DNA of 64,000 nucleotides from Candidatus Thorarchaeota archaeon (GCA_046482545.1 JAWOEX010000039.1:32001-96000), one strand, 5' to 3'. Positions 45,651 through 56,404 are shown, counted from the first letter of the stretch. Numbers and translations are program-made. The notes: generated by a model from the sequence alone, not told the origin.

Positions 45651-48416
45651 TTGTCTCCAAAAATGAATAATTCTGATATGGAGCTGTTCCTCATAACTAA
45701 TGAAAATCTCGTGCTAGACTTGACGGACGTCAACGTGCACCATAAGCAGCTAATAGGATCAAAAGCAGCCCATCTGGGAGAAATCCTGAATCAGAGACAC
45801 CACGTACCGAGGGGATACATTCTTACAACCGCGGCATATAATTATCTCTTTCAGGCGCAAGGTCTATTCGATAAAATACATGACCTATTTCATCGTACCA
45901 ATTTTGACAATTCTGAATCCATACAGCAAACCTCCAACCAAATCTGTGACGCAATATCTAGAGCAGATTTGCAGGGCAAAATTCTGAAACTCATATCCAA
46001 AAAACATCATGACCTGGACTTAGGGGCAGTTGCCGTGAGGTCGTCAGCAACCGCAGAGGATTTGCCTGAATCCTCCTTTGCAGGTCAATATGAGACATTC
46101 TTGAATGTGAAAGGAATGGAACATATAGCCAACGCTGTGGCGAAGTGCTACCAGTCTATGTGGTCACCCCGGGTAATGGCATATCGGCAGCGTCAAGGCA
46201 TCAATCAGCTGGAGGTCAAGCTTGCGATACTTATCCAGGAAATAGTTGAAGCAAAATCTGCAGGTGTTCTTTTCACAAAAGACCCAACGTCTTTGAAGAA
46301 TGATAGAATTGTAATCGAATCAAATTTTGGTCTCGGAGAATCCGTGGTCTCGGGTCAGGCTGTATCAGACCGCTTTGTACTGGAAGAAGAGCAAACTGAA
46401 AATGGAAATCATTTGAGAATACGTGAAACGCAAGTTGGAATCAAGGGAGTCGTTGTCAAGCCATCATCAGAAAATCAAGAAGGTGGGACTGTCGTTCTCA
46501 ACGCAACCAGCGATGAATCTGAGAGCCCTTCAATAACTGATGAACAGGCACTAAAGCTTGGTAAAATCGGCCAGCAGTTAGAGACCCTATTTGAGGGGCC
46601 ACAGGACATCGAGTGGGCCATTGACAGCAAGGGTACAATCCACGTACTCCAGTCCCGTCCCATTACAACAAACCTTGAAAGCGAAGATGAAGATGAAATC
46701 CTCTGGACTAGGGGATACAGCGACGATTATTGGAATGATAATGTCACGCCGTTGTTCTTTGATTTGTTGGGTGATCAACTCACCTACATAGTAAACAACG
46801 AGCTCAACACAATAATGGGCTACCAAGATATGCCTGATGAACTTCTCAAGCTCCATAAAGCTCATGTTTACTTCAACTTGGATGTACTTCGAGAAAAGGT
46901 GAGAAATGAAATTCCTCCTTTCATCAGATCCGAAGATGTTCTAGACTACTTCCCCAGCGGTGATGGACCCTACGGCAAGCAAACAATGCGAGAAATGCCA
47001 TTCAATCTTTTGGGTCGAATGATGGCGGAAATCAGGGTTATGCTGTTTGACTCTCGTGGATCATTAACCGACACTGCTGATGCCTATGACAAATGGACAG
47101 ATGGTGTGTTCGTACCATACTGTGAAAGATTTGACGCCAAACTCGAAGCGATGGCTGAACAATGTTCATTGAATGAGTTGATGAATCTAGCAGACGAGCT
47201 TGACAAGGAAATGATGACACACTTCCGGATGGTTCGATATGGCATTCCGGTTCATAACATTGGTATGAATTTGCTAACCAAGTACCTGCTTGGTACTTTC
47301 TTGGATAGCAGCAAGGCAGCAAGGTTCTATCCACTCCTTATCTCTGGATTGAATCATAAGACAAATGAAATTAACAAAAGAGTGAATGATCTTGCCGACG
47401 AAGCCCTCACAAGTGTAAAAGTCAGAAGACTAATAGCCGAAGAACCCTCTGAATCTACATACAATCACCTGAAACAAATGGACGATGATGCTTCCCGAGA
47501 ATTCATGGTTGAGTTCGATAGATTTCTGGAAGAATATGGGGAACGTGGATTCACGAGAGAGCCATTCTACCCTAGGTGGGGTGAAGCACCAGAGTATGTA
47601 TTTGATATTCTCAAATCACTAGTTCACGATGAAGAAAGCCCATCCTCAAGTCATGACCCGAAGAAGAAGCGCATTATTGCAGAACGGAGAGTCAAGAAAG
47701 CCATAAAGTCACAGACCCTTGGAACTCTCAAGTGGAAACTATTTTCTACGATTCTAGGTTTTGCCAGACGATATATCAGATTCAGAGAGGACCAGCGATT
47801 CAACCTTGACAGGTGGATAACTCGTAACAGAGCTGTCTTCTTGGAAATCGGAAAAAGGTTGGATGAAAGGAACATAATTCCAGACCCTTCCAAGATTTTT
47901 TTCCTGCATAGGAAGGAGATTAGGAAAATTGTGGCGGGACAAATGGGGCAGTACGAGATGGAACGTCTGGAAGAAACCGTAAACAGGCGCTTTCGAGAAT
48001 TCAAGGAGTACGAAAATACAACACCACCCAAGTTCCTCAAAGGTAGGAGAGAGTACAATGATGCAGTATTCACTCTCAATGAATCTGGCATTCTGAGTGG
48101 AACTCCCGCAAGTCATGGCCTCGTGAGCGGCACCGTAAGAGTACTTGAAACTGTGAATCAAGTTCCCGAGGTGCGCCATGGAGAGATTCTGATAGTTCCA
48201 CGCACGGATCCGGGATGGACTCCAGTGTTCTCCAAGATAGCAGGAGTAGTGACAGAAACAGGGGGGGTGTTATCACACGGGGCTGTAGTTTCACGAGAAT
48301 TTGGGATTCCAGCTGTAACAAATGTCAGCCGGGCCTGCAAGCTTGTGACCACAGGTCAAACGGTAACTATTGATGGCTACAAAGGCAAAGTCATTATCCA
48401 CGAGGAGAATGAATAA
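45651..48416 (+). CDS. PEP-synthase/rifamycin phosphotransferase-like enzyme (ATP-grasp + central domain + His swivel)
   Basis: VRSSATAED-SFAGQ, PQDIEWA, LQSRPIT, TDPGWTP, GGVLSHGAVVSRE. Confidence 0.9.
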   Translation: MSPKMNNSDMELFLITNENLVLDLTDVNVHHKQLIGSKAAHLGEILNQRHHVPRGYILTTAAYNYLFQAQGLFDKIHDLFHRTNFDNSESIQQTSNQICDAISRADLQGKILKLISKKHHDLDLGAVAVRSSATAEDLPESSFAGQYETFLNVKGMEHIANAVAKCYQSMWSPRVMAYRQRQGINQLEVKLAILIQEIVEAKSAGVLFTKDPTSLKNDRIVIESNFGLGESVVSGQAVSDRFVLEEEQTENGNHLRIRETQVGIKGVVVKPSSENQEGGTVVLNATSDESESPSITDEQALKLGKIGQQLETLFEGPQDIEWAIDSKGTIHVLQSRPITTNLESEDEDEILWTRGYSDDYWNDNVTPLFFDLLGDQLTYIVNNELNTIMGYQDMPDELLKLHKAHVYFNLDVLREKVRNEIPPFIRSEDVLDYFPSGDGPYGKQTMREMPFNLLGRMMAEIRVMLFDSRGSLTDTADAYDKWTDGVFVPYCERFDAKLEAMAEQCSLNELMNLADELDKEMMTHFRMVRYGIPVHNIGMNLLTKYLLGTFLDSSKAARFYPLLISGLNHKTNEINKRVNDLADEALTSVKVRRLIAEEPSESTYNHLKQMDDDASREFMVEFDRFLEEYGERGFTREPFYPRWGEAPEYVFDILKSLVHDEESPSSSHDPKKKRIIAERRVKKAIKSQTLGTLKWKLFSTILGFARRYIRFREDQRFNLDRWITRNRAVFLEIGKRLDERNIIPDPSKIFFLHRKEIRKIVAGQMGQYEMERLEETVNRRFREFKEYENTTPPKFLKGRREYNDAVFTLNESGILSGTPASHGLVSGTVRVLETVNQVPEVRHGEILIVPRTDPGWTPVFSKIAGVVTETGGVLSHGAVVSREFGIPAVTNVSRACKLVTTGQTVTIDGYKGKVIIHEENE

Positions 48417-48418
48417 AC

Positions 48419-49384
48419 TTGGAACAGATTACACACGAACCAACATCAAATCACATGAACTGGAATGAAAGCTATTACTTCCTTTTCTATGACAAGAAGA
48501 CAGAACTAGGACTCATGAACAGAGTGGGGTTTAAGCCAAACAAGCCTGAAGGTATGACTTTCCTATTCCTTTTCTTACCTGACGGTTCAGTTGCTGCATT
48601 CCATACTACCGATGAATGTGAGAGCTACCCCAATAGCCTTGATGTAGCTGGAGTGAGTCATCAGCCCAAGCCAGATGGTACTTGGGAATATTCGTTCGAT
48701 GGATCATTGGTTGTGGTAGAAGACTCAGAACAGCTGCCCAAAGCAAGAGAAAGACCCGAATTGATATCTGATCTCCTTGAAAGTCATATTCAGCTGAGCT
48801 TCGACCCACTAAACAAACCATACGAATACAGTGAACACATGACACCCGAATCATTAGAGCTCGGAAGGAAATCGGGTGATAAGCACTGGGAGCAAATAGC
48901 AACAATAAGTGGGTCAATCGAGCTCGGAGAGAATAGATATTCTATTAACAGCGTCATTGGACAGAGAGATCATACTCACGGAATTAGGGATTGGACAGGG
49001 GTGGGAAACTGGTTCTACTTTGTTGTATGGTTTGATGAAAATCTTGCAGTGAATCCTGCAGCCGTGGTTGCAGAAGACGGTAGTCTTGCCACAGGAGGCT
49101 TCATCTTCCGAGAGGGCGAAAATGTTCCGCTCACAAGCATAGAGGTAATCTCGCACGAGTTCAGAGCGGATGGAGTTTTTCCGACAAGAACAGAACTTGA
49201 GCTCAAAGACAACGAGAAGAACATATACCGCCTCATAGGAGAACCAGGGCCAATCGTACCCGTGCCATTTACGGATAGTTCCGGAAGAGAATCGGTACTC
49301 GTACAATCATTCGGAAAATTCGAGCTTGATAACAGGTTGGACGGATACGGGTCGTATGAAACATTGAGAAGGTTCACAATCTAG
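48419..49384 (+). CDS. Hypothetical beta-rich protein (tocopherol cyclase/AttH-like)
   Basis: WNESYYF, HWEQ, GQRDHTHGIRDW motifs. Confidence 0.6.
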   Translation: MEQITHEPTSNHMNWNESYYFLFYDKKTELGLMNRVGFKPNKPEGMTFLFLFLPDGSVAAFHTTDECESYPNSLDVAGVSHQPKPDGTWEYSFDGSLVVVEDSEQLPKARERPELISDLLESHIQLSFDPLNKPYEYSEHMTPESLELGRKSGDKHWEQIATISGSIELGENRYSINSVIGQRDHTHGIRDWTGVGNWFYFVVWFDENLAVNPAAVVAEDGSLATGGFIFREGENVPLTSIEVISHEFRADGVFPTRTELELKDNEKNIYRLIGEPGPIVPVPFTDSSGRESVLVQSFGKFELDNRLDGYGSYETLRRFTI

Positions 49385-49488
49385 ATAGACGAGAACGTAC
49401 ACCAGACGTAGTAATTCCAGCATCTCATACAAGTAAGCCCTGTATGGTTATGGGAAAGCGTTAAACGAAATATGATATCACAGTCCGT

Positions 49489-50637
49489 ATGGAATCGCCA
49501 AATATCAGGCCTGATTACAAGCATAGTATCGTCAACTTGACTAGCGCGCTCGCTGGGAAAATGGGAATCGATTCCATCTGCAAAGGCCTAGAAGAATCAA
49601 GTCTCTACGACATTGAAGAATCTTCGACCATTCTCTTCATAATCATTGATGGTCTGGGCTATAACTACCTTCTTCGCCACGGATCAGGGCTCTGGCTTCG
49701 CGACCACCTCGTATCTTCAATGTCCAGCGTATTTCCTCCAAGCACCGGTTCAGCCATGACTAGCTTCTACACTGCCACTACACCACTTCAGCACGGAATT
49801 ACCGGCTGGTTCGTATACCTGAAAGACCTTGGTGTTGTCTCACGGTTTTTACCATTCAGCACCTTGGTCAACGAGAAGCCCATGCAAACCGATGTTGCTC
49901 CATTTGTTGGTGCTGAACCTTGGCTAGGCAAAATACAGAAGAGAAGCATTTTCTTGGGGCCCCAGCGTATAATCAACTCTTCATATTCAAGATTTGTTTC
50001 AAGTGGCTGTACAAGAATTGGTTATCATAGCTTGCAGGAACTATTCGGCAATGCAAGGGATTTAGCCATTCACGCCCACGAGAATCAGTTCATGTTTGTC
50101 TACTGGCCCGAGTTAGATGCCACTGGACATGACGAGGGCATTGAGAGTGAAGCTGCAATCAATCATCTGACTACGCTAGATAAGAACTTGGAGAAGCTGG
50201 CTAAAGAGGTACCGAATAATGTCAGAATCATCATCACATCGGACCATGGCATTGTTGATGTGGAGCAAGAGAATACCGTCAAGCTAGCTAATCACCCAGA
50301 ACTCAAAAAGACACTTATCGCACCAGTGTGCGGCGATACTCGTACCTGTTATTTCTATGTGCGCCCAAACAAAGTCGATGCATTTCAATCCTATATGAAC
50401 GATCATCTTGCTCACGCGTGTACTATGTATCAGACATCTCAGCTGGTTGACATGGGCTGGTTCGGACCCGGAGAACCAAGTAACAAATTTGATACACGTG
50501 CCGGTGATTTTGTGGCCTTGATGAAGGAAGGCTATGCATTGCTCAATGACTTTCCGGGTGAAGAATACCCAGAGCTAGTAGGTCAACATGGCGGGTTATC
50601 TGAAGACGAGATGTTGGTTCCTCTTGTTATCCATTAG
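49489..50637 (+). CDS. Alkaline-phosphatase superfamily, type I phosphodiesterase/nucleotide pyrophosphatase
   Basis: IDGLG, FPPST, DATGH, TSDHG, GQHGG. Confidence 0.88.
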   Translation: MESPNIRPDYKHSIVNLTSALAGKMGIDSICKGLEESSLYDIEESSTILFIIIDGLGYNYLLRHGSGLWLRDHLVSSMSSVFPPSTGSAMTSFYTATTPLQHGITGWFVYLKDLGVVSRFLPFSTLVNEKPMQTDVAPFVGAEPWLGKIQKRSIFLGPQRIINSSYSRFVSSGCTRIGYHSLQELFGNARDLAIHAHENQFMFVYWPELDATGHDEGIESEAAINHLTTLDKNLEKLAKEVPNNVRIIITSDHGIVDVEQENTVKLANHPELKKTLIAPVCGDTRTCYFYVRPNKVDAFQSYMNDHLAHACTMYQTSQLVDMGWFGPGEPSNKFDTRAGDFVALMKEGYALLNDFPGEEYPELVGQHGGLSEDEMLVPLVIH

Positions 50638-50753
50638 TCAAGGATTACTATAGTACCAAGGATAGACGTTGGCATTTAACGAGATGGAAGGGCGGAATTG
50701 CCAATTGGAATCGCTTTTATGGTGTCACTTTTTCCTCTTTCATGGCGTGAATC

Positions 50754-52520
50754 ATGGAATGGGACCTTTCTCCAATGGTTAAGGGCAAAAACCCTTCAGA
50801 AATCAAGGAAATGCTGCACAAGACTGCGGAAGAAGTGGAAACGGCAACGAGAGAATACGCTGCCAAACTTGATGATTATTCTGCTAACGAGCTGGCTGAT
50901 GCGCTTGAAGAGCTTGAGGACTTGATTGTTCAATCATCAGATCTTCGCAATTACTGCTCGATGCGCTACAGAGCCAATACCAAAGACAAGGATTCGGGGA
51001 TGCTATATAATGTCTCCCAGAATGTGGGCAGCCGCATCAGTGCCGCTAGAACGGTGTTCGAAATAAAACTTGGTAAGCTGCTTGAGAAAGAACCTGACCT
51101 GCTTGGGGACGAGGACCTAATCAACTACGGACACTATCTAGAAAAACTCAAACGCCGTGCACCGTATCGCCTGTCAGAACCGGAGGAAAGACTCGCCTCC
51201 ATGAAAGATGTCAATGGCATCGAGACTCTTGAGCAACTGCAACAATCCTGGGTTTCAGCCAAGACATTCGACATGATGCTGGAGGGGGAAACCAAGACCG
51301 TAACGCTTCCCGAACTCAGCTCGATGCGAATGAGTCCGGACAGAGATATCCGCAAGATGGCAACGGAGAAGCTCTACAAGAGCTATGCTGATAATGAAAT
51401 GATTCACGGTATGGCTCTCAGGGCAATTTGTGCGGACCATATGAAGATGACCAAGCACAGAGGTATGCCTTCATCCATGACTCAAAGCCTGTTGGATCAA
51501 GATGTAGACCAAAACACAGTTGATACCCTCTTGTCGACTATTGAGAGCACAGCTGGAGGATTTCAGAACTTTCTCAGAATGAAAGCGAAAGCCATGGGAG
51601 TTAAGAAACTTCCCGGCTACGATGTTATTGCTCCCTGGGTAACCGAGCCTGTCTGGACCTTTGACTGGCCAAAGGCGAAATCTACGGTAATTGATTCATT
51701 CGAGTCCTTTGATGACGAGCTTGGTTCGGTTGTACGAAGCATGTTCGAAGACAGACGCATTGACTCTGAAAATCGAGTAGGTAAGATGAACACGGCTTTC
51801 TGTTCGTCATGGCCAAGTGTAAGTAAGAGCTTTGTTTTTCTGAACTATAGCAAAACATTGAATGATATCTATACGCTCGCCCACGAAAATGGGCATGCAG
51901 CTCAAGGTCATCTAATCTACGAGAGTCAGACACCCGTCAACTACAGTATGTCGATGTGCATGGCTGAGACGGGGAGTATCTTCGGGGAATTGCTTCTGAC
52001 TGAGAGAATCCTTTCGATGGCCGATACTGAGAAAGAGCGTTACGAGATTCTGTCTCATGTGCTGAACTCCTATTACTATACCGTGTACTATGTCGGTGTT
52101 AGAGCATTCTTCGAGAAGAGCCTCTATAATGCGATAGACAACGGGGAAGTCATCGATGCGGACCTTGCCTGTGAGCTATGGAATGAAGCAAAAGAACGGA
52201 TATTCGGCGATGTTGTTGACTGGACGGACTACATGGAATACGAGTGGGCGCGCATACCGCACTTCTTTTTCAGTAACTATCGCTATTACAACTACCCGTA
52301 TAGCTTCGCTCAAATGCTCGTATTTGCTGTCTATGGGGACTATCGCAAAGGAGAGCCAGATTTCAACAGTCGATTTAAGCGACTTCTATCTGCCGGTGGA
52401 AGCAAGAGTCCAAGGCAACAGATTGCTGACTTCGGATATGACCTGACTAAGCCAAAATTCTGGGAACTTGGTTCATCACAGGCAGATAGGCTTCTGAAAG
52501 AGTTAGAGAAAGTTCTCTGA
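50754..52520 (+). CDS. pepF: Oligoendopeptidase F (M3B)
   Basis: N-terminal WDLS, HENGH zinc motif, AETGS, WARIPHF, YNYPY. Confidence 0.93.
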   Translation: MEWDLSPMVKGKNPSEIKEMLHKTAEEVETATREYAAKLDDYSANELADALEELEDLIVQSSDLRNYCSMRYRANTKDKDSGMLYNVSQNVGSRISAARTVFEIKLGKLLEKEPDLLGDEDLINYGHYLEKLKRRAPYRLSEPEERLASMKDVNGIETLEQLQQSWVSAKTFDMMLEGETKTVTLPELSSMRMSPDRDIRKMATEKLYKSYADNEMIHGMALRAICADHMKMTKHRGMPSSMTQSLLDQDVDQNTVDTLLSTIESTAGGFQNFLRMKAKAMGVKKLPGYDVIAPWVTEPVWTFDWPKAKSTVIDSFESFDDELGSVVRSMFEDRRIDSENRVGKMNTAFCSSWPSVSKSFVFLNYSKTLNDIYTLAHENGHAAQGHLIYESQTPVNYSMSMCMAETGSIFGELLLTERILSMADTEKERYEILSHVLNSYYYTVYYVGVRAFFEKSLYNAIDNGEVIDADLACELWNEAKERIFGDVVDWTDYMEYEWARIPHFFFSNYRYYNYPYSFAQMLVFAVYGDYRKGEPDFNSRFKRLLSAGGSKSPRQQIADFGYDLTKPKFWELGSSQADRLLKELEKVL

Positions 52521-52942
52521 CGTACACTGACCCAAGTATCAGCGATTACTTGTGAATTCGCATATCAAATCCGTTTCCCACTCTGGCATTAGACCTTCAT
52601 ATGGTGACTCAAGTCAATCCATCACTCTGAACCGGTCATTCTTCTGCCCCCTTCAAGACCGAATTCGCAATAGGAGTATATGGTCTCTCTTGCAATGATA
52701 GCTGTTTGGTATACAAGACCATATCGTGCTTGAGCTAGTCCAGCTGCCAAGTGAGGGCAGAAGTTGCGTAATCCATTAACTCAGGAGTTAGCTGTGCGAA
52801 TAATTTCATCTCGATGACGAAGGTTGGATTTGTTCAGAATATGGCCTCTGGCCTCTTTTACTTCGGAAATTGTTACGGAACTGTAAGTTTAAGTCATGAA
52901 TCATGTATTAATAGAACCGAAAGGAAGCGAATCAAAATAACT

Positions 52943-53734
52943 ATGCACGAGAAGTACAGGAAGTACGGAGAAGAATTACTAGCGAGATTGAAGTTGCGAA
53001 CCTACCCTTTGGCATTGAAACTGATGAAAACTGAAAGCGAAATCCCTTCTGGTGCTCACAGACCTTTAAGAGATTCGGGCCACCATTTATCTCTCTGCCA
53101 AGCTTTCCAGAAATCACGGCGTGAGGGGATGGAGGTTGCAATGTTAAAAGAAGACATGTGGTGTTTTGAACCGGTAGTAGGATACGGACTAGGGGAGCCC
53201 CCAGAATACTTCATGGATGGTAATAACCGATATCCGGTTGATGTTGAGACACAAGAGGCGGGCCGCCATTATGCGGAACAGTTTCCGCGTTTCGAAGTCG
53301 GTGAGTACGTGGGTATAGTTTCAGCCCCACTGAAGTCAGCGAGCTTTCAGCCTGACCTCGTCATGATCTATTGTGATTCTGAGCAGCTGAATCTTCTACT
53401 TCTTGCCAGAGAATACAAGGACGGCTACAATCTACCGTGTGCTTTGTCCAGTCACGCTGCCTGTGTTTATGCTGTAGTGCCGGTAATCAAGAATGGAAAA
53501 TCTCAAGTTGCCGTGCCCTGCCGAGGCGACCGATGGATGGCCTCAGCCGAGTCAGAAGAGATGATATTCTCGGTCCCCTTTGAAAAGTTGGATGACCTAA
53601 TGGAAGGTCTCAGGCACGTTAACAAGACCGATTCAACAATTCCACATGGACGCAAAGTTGAGCCGGAATATGAAATGGAAGATAGTTATCGAAAAATAGC
53701 AGAGATGATGGGGTATATAGATGAAGAGGAATAA
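52943..53734 (+). CDS. DUF169 family protein (probable start ATG 52943)
   Basis: LCQA, DMWC, PDLVMIY, AACVYAVV, PCRGDR. Confidence 0.82.
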   Translation: MHEKYRKYGEELLARLKLRTYPLALKLMKTESEIPSGAHRPLRDSGHHLSLCQAFQKSRREGMEVAMLKEDMWCFEPVVGYGLGEPPEYFMDGNNRYPVDVETQEAGRHYAEQFPRFEVGEYVGIVSAPLKSASFQPDLVMIYCDSEQLNLLLLAREYKDGYNLPCALSSHAACVYAVVPVIKNGKSQVAVPCRGDRWMASAESEEMIFSVPFEKLDDLMEGLRHVNKTDSTIPHGRKVEPEYEMEDSYRKIAEMMGYIDEEE

Positions 53735-53778
53735 ATCATTCCAAACTGTATCGCATCTAGCCAGAAGGTAAGTGCTAA

Positions 53779-54372
53779 ATGAAAGAAGAGCGAAAACAAG
53801 AGTTGTTGGAAACAGCGTATGAAAAAGGAAGACAATATGAAGCAACAGCAACAGATTGTTGCCAATCTACGATAGCTGCTATTCAGGACACGCTTGGGTG
53901 CAAGAATGATGCTGTACTGAGAGCGGGTAGTGCCTTCGCGGGGGGAGTAGGATTGTCGGGCTTCGGCAGTTGCGGCGCTTTGACAGGCGCAGTAATGGTC
54001 ATCGGGCAACTATGCGGGAGAACTAGAGAGGAGTTTGTTGACGACGCAGACAGAGAAATCAACGATCCTGACTTTGATTACGTAACCGCCACGAAAGGCT
54101 GGGACTATGCCTACGAAATGGTTGAGAGATTCATTATTCACTACGGAAGCACCATATGCCGAGAGGTAGCGGCTAAAGCCGGTACATGGTCTGAAGGTGA
54201 GGAACACATACGGCTTCGAAGCCCTGCCCGGTCTCTACTGAAGAAGAAGAGAGAAGAGTCAGACCTTCTCTTCCCTCATGAATTAGATGGATGTCCAAAA
54301 GTTGTTGGTACTGCCGCTAAGTGGGCCACGGAAATCATACTGAGAGAACGGCTTTATGAGCCAGACGAGTGA
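53779..54372 (+). CDS. C-GCAxxG-C-C family putative redox protein
   Basis: CCQS, FAGG, SCGALTG, GSTIC, C-terminal CPKVV. Confidence 0.88.
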   Translation: MKEERKQELLETAYEKGRQYEATATDCCQSTIAAIQDTLGCKNDAVLRAGSAFAGGVGLSGFGSCGALTGAVMVIGQLCGRTREEFVDDADREINDPDFDYVTATKGWDYAYEMVERFIIHYGSTICREVAAKAGTWSEGEEHIRLRSPARSLLKKKREESDLLFPHELDGCPKVVGTAAKWATEIILRERLYEPDE

Positions 54373-54465
54373 ATTGCACCAGTACATCTTGTCATCATGC
54401 CGAAAAATGTCCCCCGTAACTTAGCCCTATCTTTTTATTGAGGTATGAAGGATATTTGATGTCAT

Positions 54466-55131
54466 GTGTGCTGGCATGGAGAGGAAACAGCATTGAGGGA
54501 CGAGACGAATAACCCACCTGTATCCCAAAATGCAAGCAAAGAAACCAGCAATATAATCAAGTACTTTCTACACGGTATCCCTCTGGCCTTTGTTTCGCTT
54601 ATTTTTATGTATATACTGAGATTCTCATTAGCTGCAGCATCATACGATGTTATCTTAGAAGTCATTGGGCTTTTGTTGATAATAGGGGGAACATATCTCG
54701 TTATCATCGGTGGAGTGAACAGCATTGCTACCAACATGTTATGGAAAATAAGGATAAAAGCTAGCATTCTCAGCTTCTTGGGACAAGGATGCCTCTTCAC
54801 AATAATACTGTTTTTCGTGAACCCCTTTTTGTACATCATTATCTTCACTTTCGCAGCCACTCTCATCTTGGAGGTAGTATTGCTATCTTTCACCTTTGTA
54901 ATCTTAGCTCTGGTCTTGGGTTACATAGGACGCAATGTTGCGTCTGAATTCGTTGGTGACCGTTATGAATCGGACGAGCTCGCATCAGTTCATGATAGAC
55001 AAGTAGTGTGTCCACACTGCGGGGCTCAACAACTCGTTGGCCCCTCCAAGATTGATGCATCCGGAGGTACTCGATGCCCAAAATGCGGCGATTGGTTTCA
55101 AGTAAGAAACTCGGGTCCTTCCATTAGCTAA
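54466..55131 (+). CDS. Membrane protein with C-terminal zinc ribbon
   Basis: About 4 TM helices; CPHC...CPKC. Confidence 0.75.
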   Translation: MCWHGEETALRDETNNPPVSQNASKETSNIIKYFLHGIPLAFVSLIFMYILRFSLAAASYDVILEVIGLLLIIGGTYLVIIGGVNSIATNMLWKIRIKASILSFLGQGCLFTIILFFVNPFLYIIIFTFAATLILEVVLLSFTFVILALVLGYIGRNVASEFVGDRYESDELASVHDRQVVCPHCGAQQLVGPSKIDASGGTRCPKCGDWFQVRNSGPSIS

Positions 55132-55198
55132 TTTGCTAGAGGATATGAGTAGCACTTATTAAGCTCAAAGAACCTCTTAGTGATTTGGGGAGATTGAT

Positions 55199-55792
55199 TT
55201 GGAAGTCGAACCAAAGGAAGGAAAACGTCATTTCTACAAAGTTGAGCAAAAACTGGTCTCAATGAGGCCAGTCTATGAAATCTATGATGAAGAGACTGGA
55301 GAAAAGGTAGCGGTAGCCAGACAAACTTGGCTTAGCTTCTTACGGTCAACCGTCAATATGAAAGACCCCCAAGACAATGATATTCTCACAGCAAAGGGTG
55401 GTTTCTTTGATAAGACATTTCATCTGTTGGATCCGTCCGGGAACAAGATAGCAAAAATAACTCGACCATGGATAATGTGGAATAAACGGTTCACGATCCA
55501 TTATAGAGACGACGAAATCCACGCAGAAGGTGGAGTCATGGCGTGGGGTTTTGATGCTGCAAGCGAATCAGGTCGCTTTGCCTTCAAGCTTGATAAGAAA
55601 GTCATTTCGGTTCGCGACCAATTTCGTGTTGAAGTTGGCGATTACATGGATTGGAAACACGCAGTTGCGTCGGCCATCGTCGTTGATAGAATATTCTTCA
55701 AAGGGAAAGGTTGCGGTTGTAGGCTACTATTTTGTATAGCAATATTAGCTATAATCTTTGGCTTGATGCTGACCACCTTATTCATGCCTTAA
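55199..55792 (+). CDS. LURP-one / tubby-C / scramblase-like beta-barrel protein with C-terminal TM
   Basis: VEQKLVS, YEIYD, KKVISVRDQFRVEV, AIVVD pattern. Confidence 0.75.
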   Translation: MEVEPKEGKRHFYKVEQKLVSMRPVYEIYDEETGEKVAVARQTWLSFLRSTVNMKDPQDNDILTAKGGFFDKTFHLLDPSGNKIAKITRPWIMWNKRFTIHYRDDEIHAEGGVMAWGFDAASESGRFAFKLDKKVISVRDQFRVEVGDYMDWKHAVASAIVVDRIFFKGKGCGCRLLFCIAILAIIFGLMLTTLFMP

Positions 55793-56135
55793 TCAGAAGT
55801 AAAATCGTTGGTTTTGAATATGATTTAGACGAATCATCATTCTGAGAACTTGGGCCTTCTTGGGCAGATATGCTTCTAAATGGCTACAGAAGGACCTCCA
55901 ATAATCTTTTCTTGAAAGAATCCGATAGCCACAGAGAAAGAGGAAATCATTCTTAGGTAGCGGTTCCACCTACAATGTGCCGTCCGACCAGTACTCCATA
56001 ATCATATGTTGAAGTCTTCTAACAGGCAATTAGAGATTCCTAAACGGAGTAAACTACAGATTCAATTTCGACTGAGAAATAATGAAAAAGAGAGAGTATG
56101 ACTCAGCTGAACTAGATGCTCTACTTCTAGCTAGC

Positions 56136-56300
56136 TTAGTCTGATATTTTCTCAAAGTCTGCCTTTGCTGCACCACACATCGGACAGACCCAGTCATCAG
56201 GAAGATCCTCAAACTTTGTTCCGGGTTCAACGCCGCTACCTGGATCGCCCTTCTCTTCGTCATATATCCAACCGCATATCAAACATTCATACTTGGCCAT
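56136..56300 (-). CDS. Rubredoxin (54 aa, absent from the ORF track)
   Basis: [54 protein letters not shown]. Confidence 0.97.
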   Translation of the reverse strand: MAKYECLICGWIYDEEKGDPGSGVEPGTKFEDLPDDWVCPMCGAAKADFEKISD

Positions 56301-56386
56301 CTATATCCCACTTAAGGAATTTTCACACCATTCATAGAGTGTACAATAGCAAAAACTGGAATGCCGAATAAAAGTGATTCTCTTTG

Positions 56387-56402
56387 ACAAACTCGAGTTT
56401 GT
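56387..56402. promoter_or_regulatory. Perfect 16-bp palindrome upstream of rubredoxin
   Basis: ACAAACTCGAGTTTGT. Confidence 0.45.
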
Positions 56403-56404
56403 GC

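Noticed and set aside
52814-52942. N-terminal extension of the DUF169 ORF
   Set aside because: Not family-like and spans the AT-rich promoter; ATG 52943 is more plausible
56054-56371. Tracked 69-aa and 68-aa ORFs
   Set aside because: Alternative frames over the real rubredoxin gene
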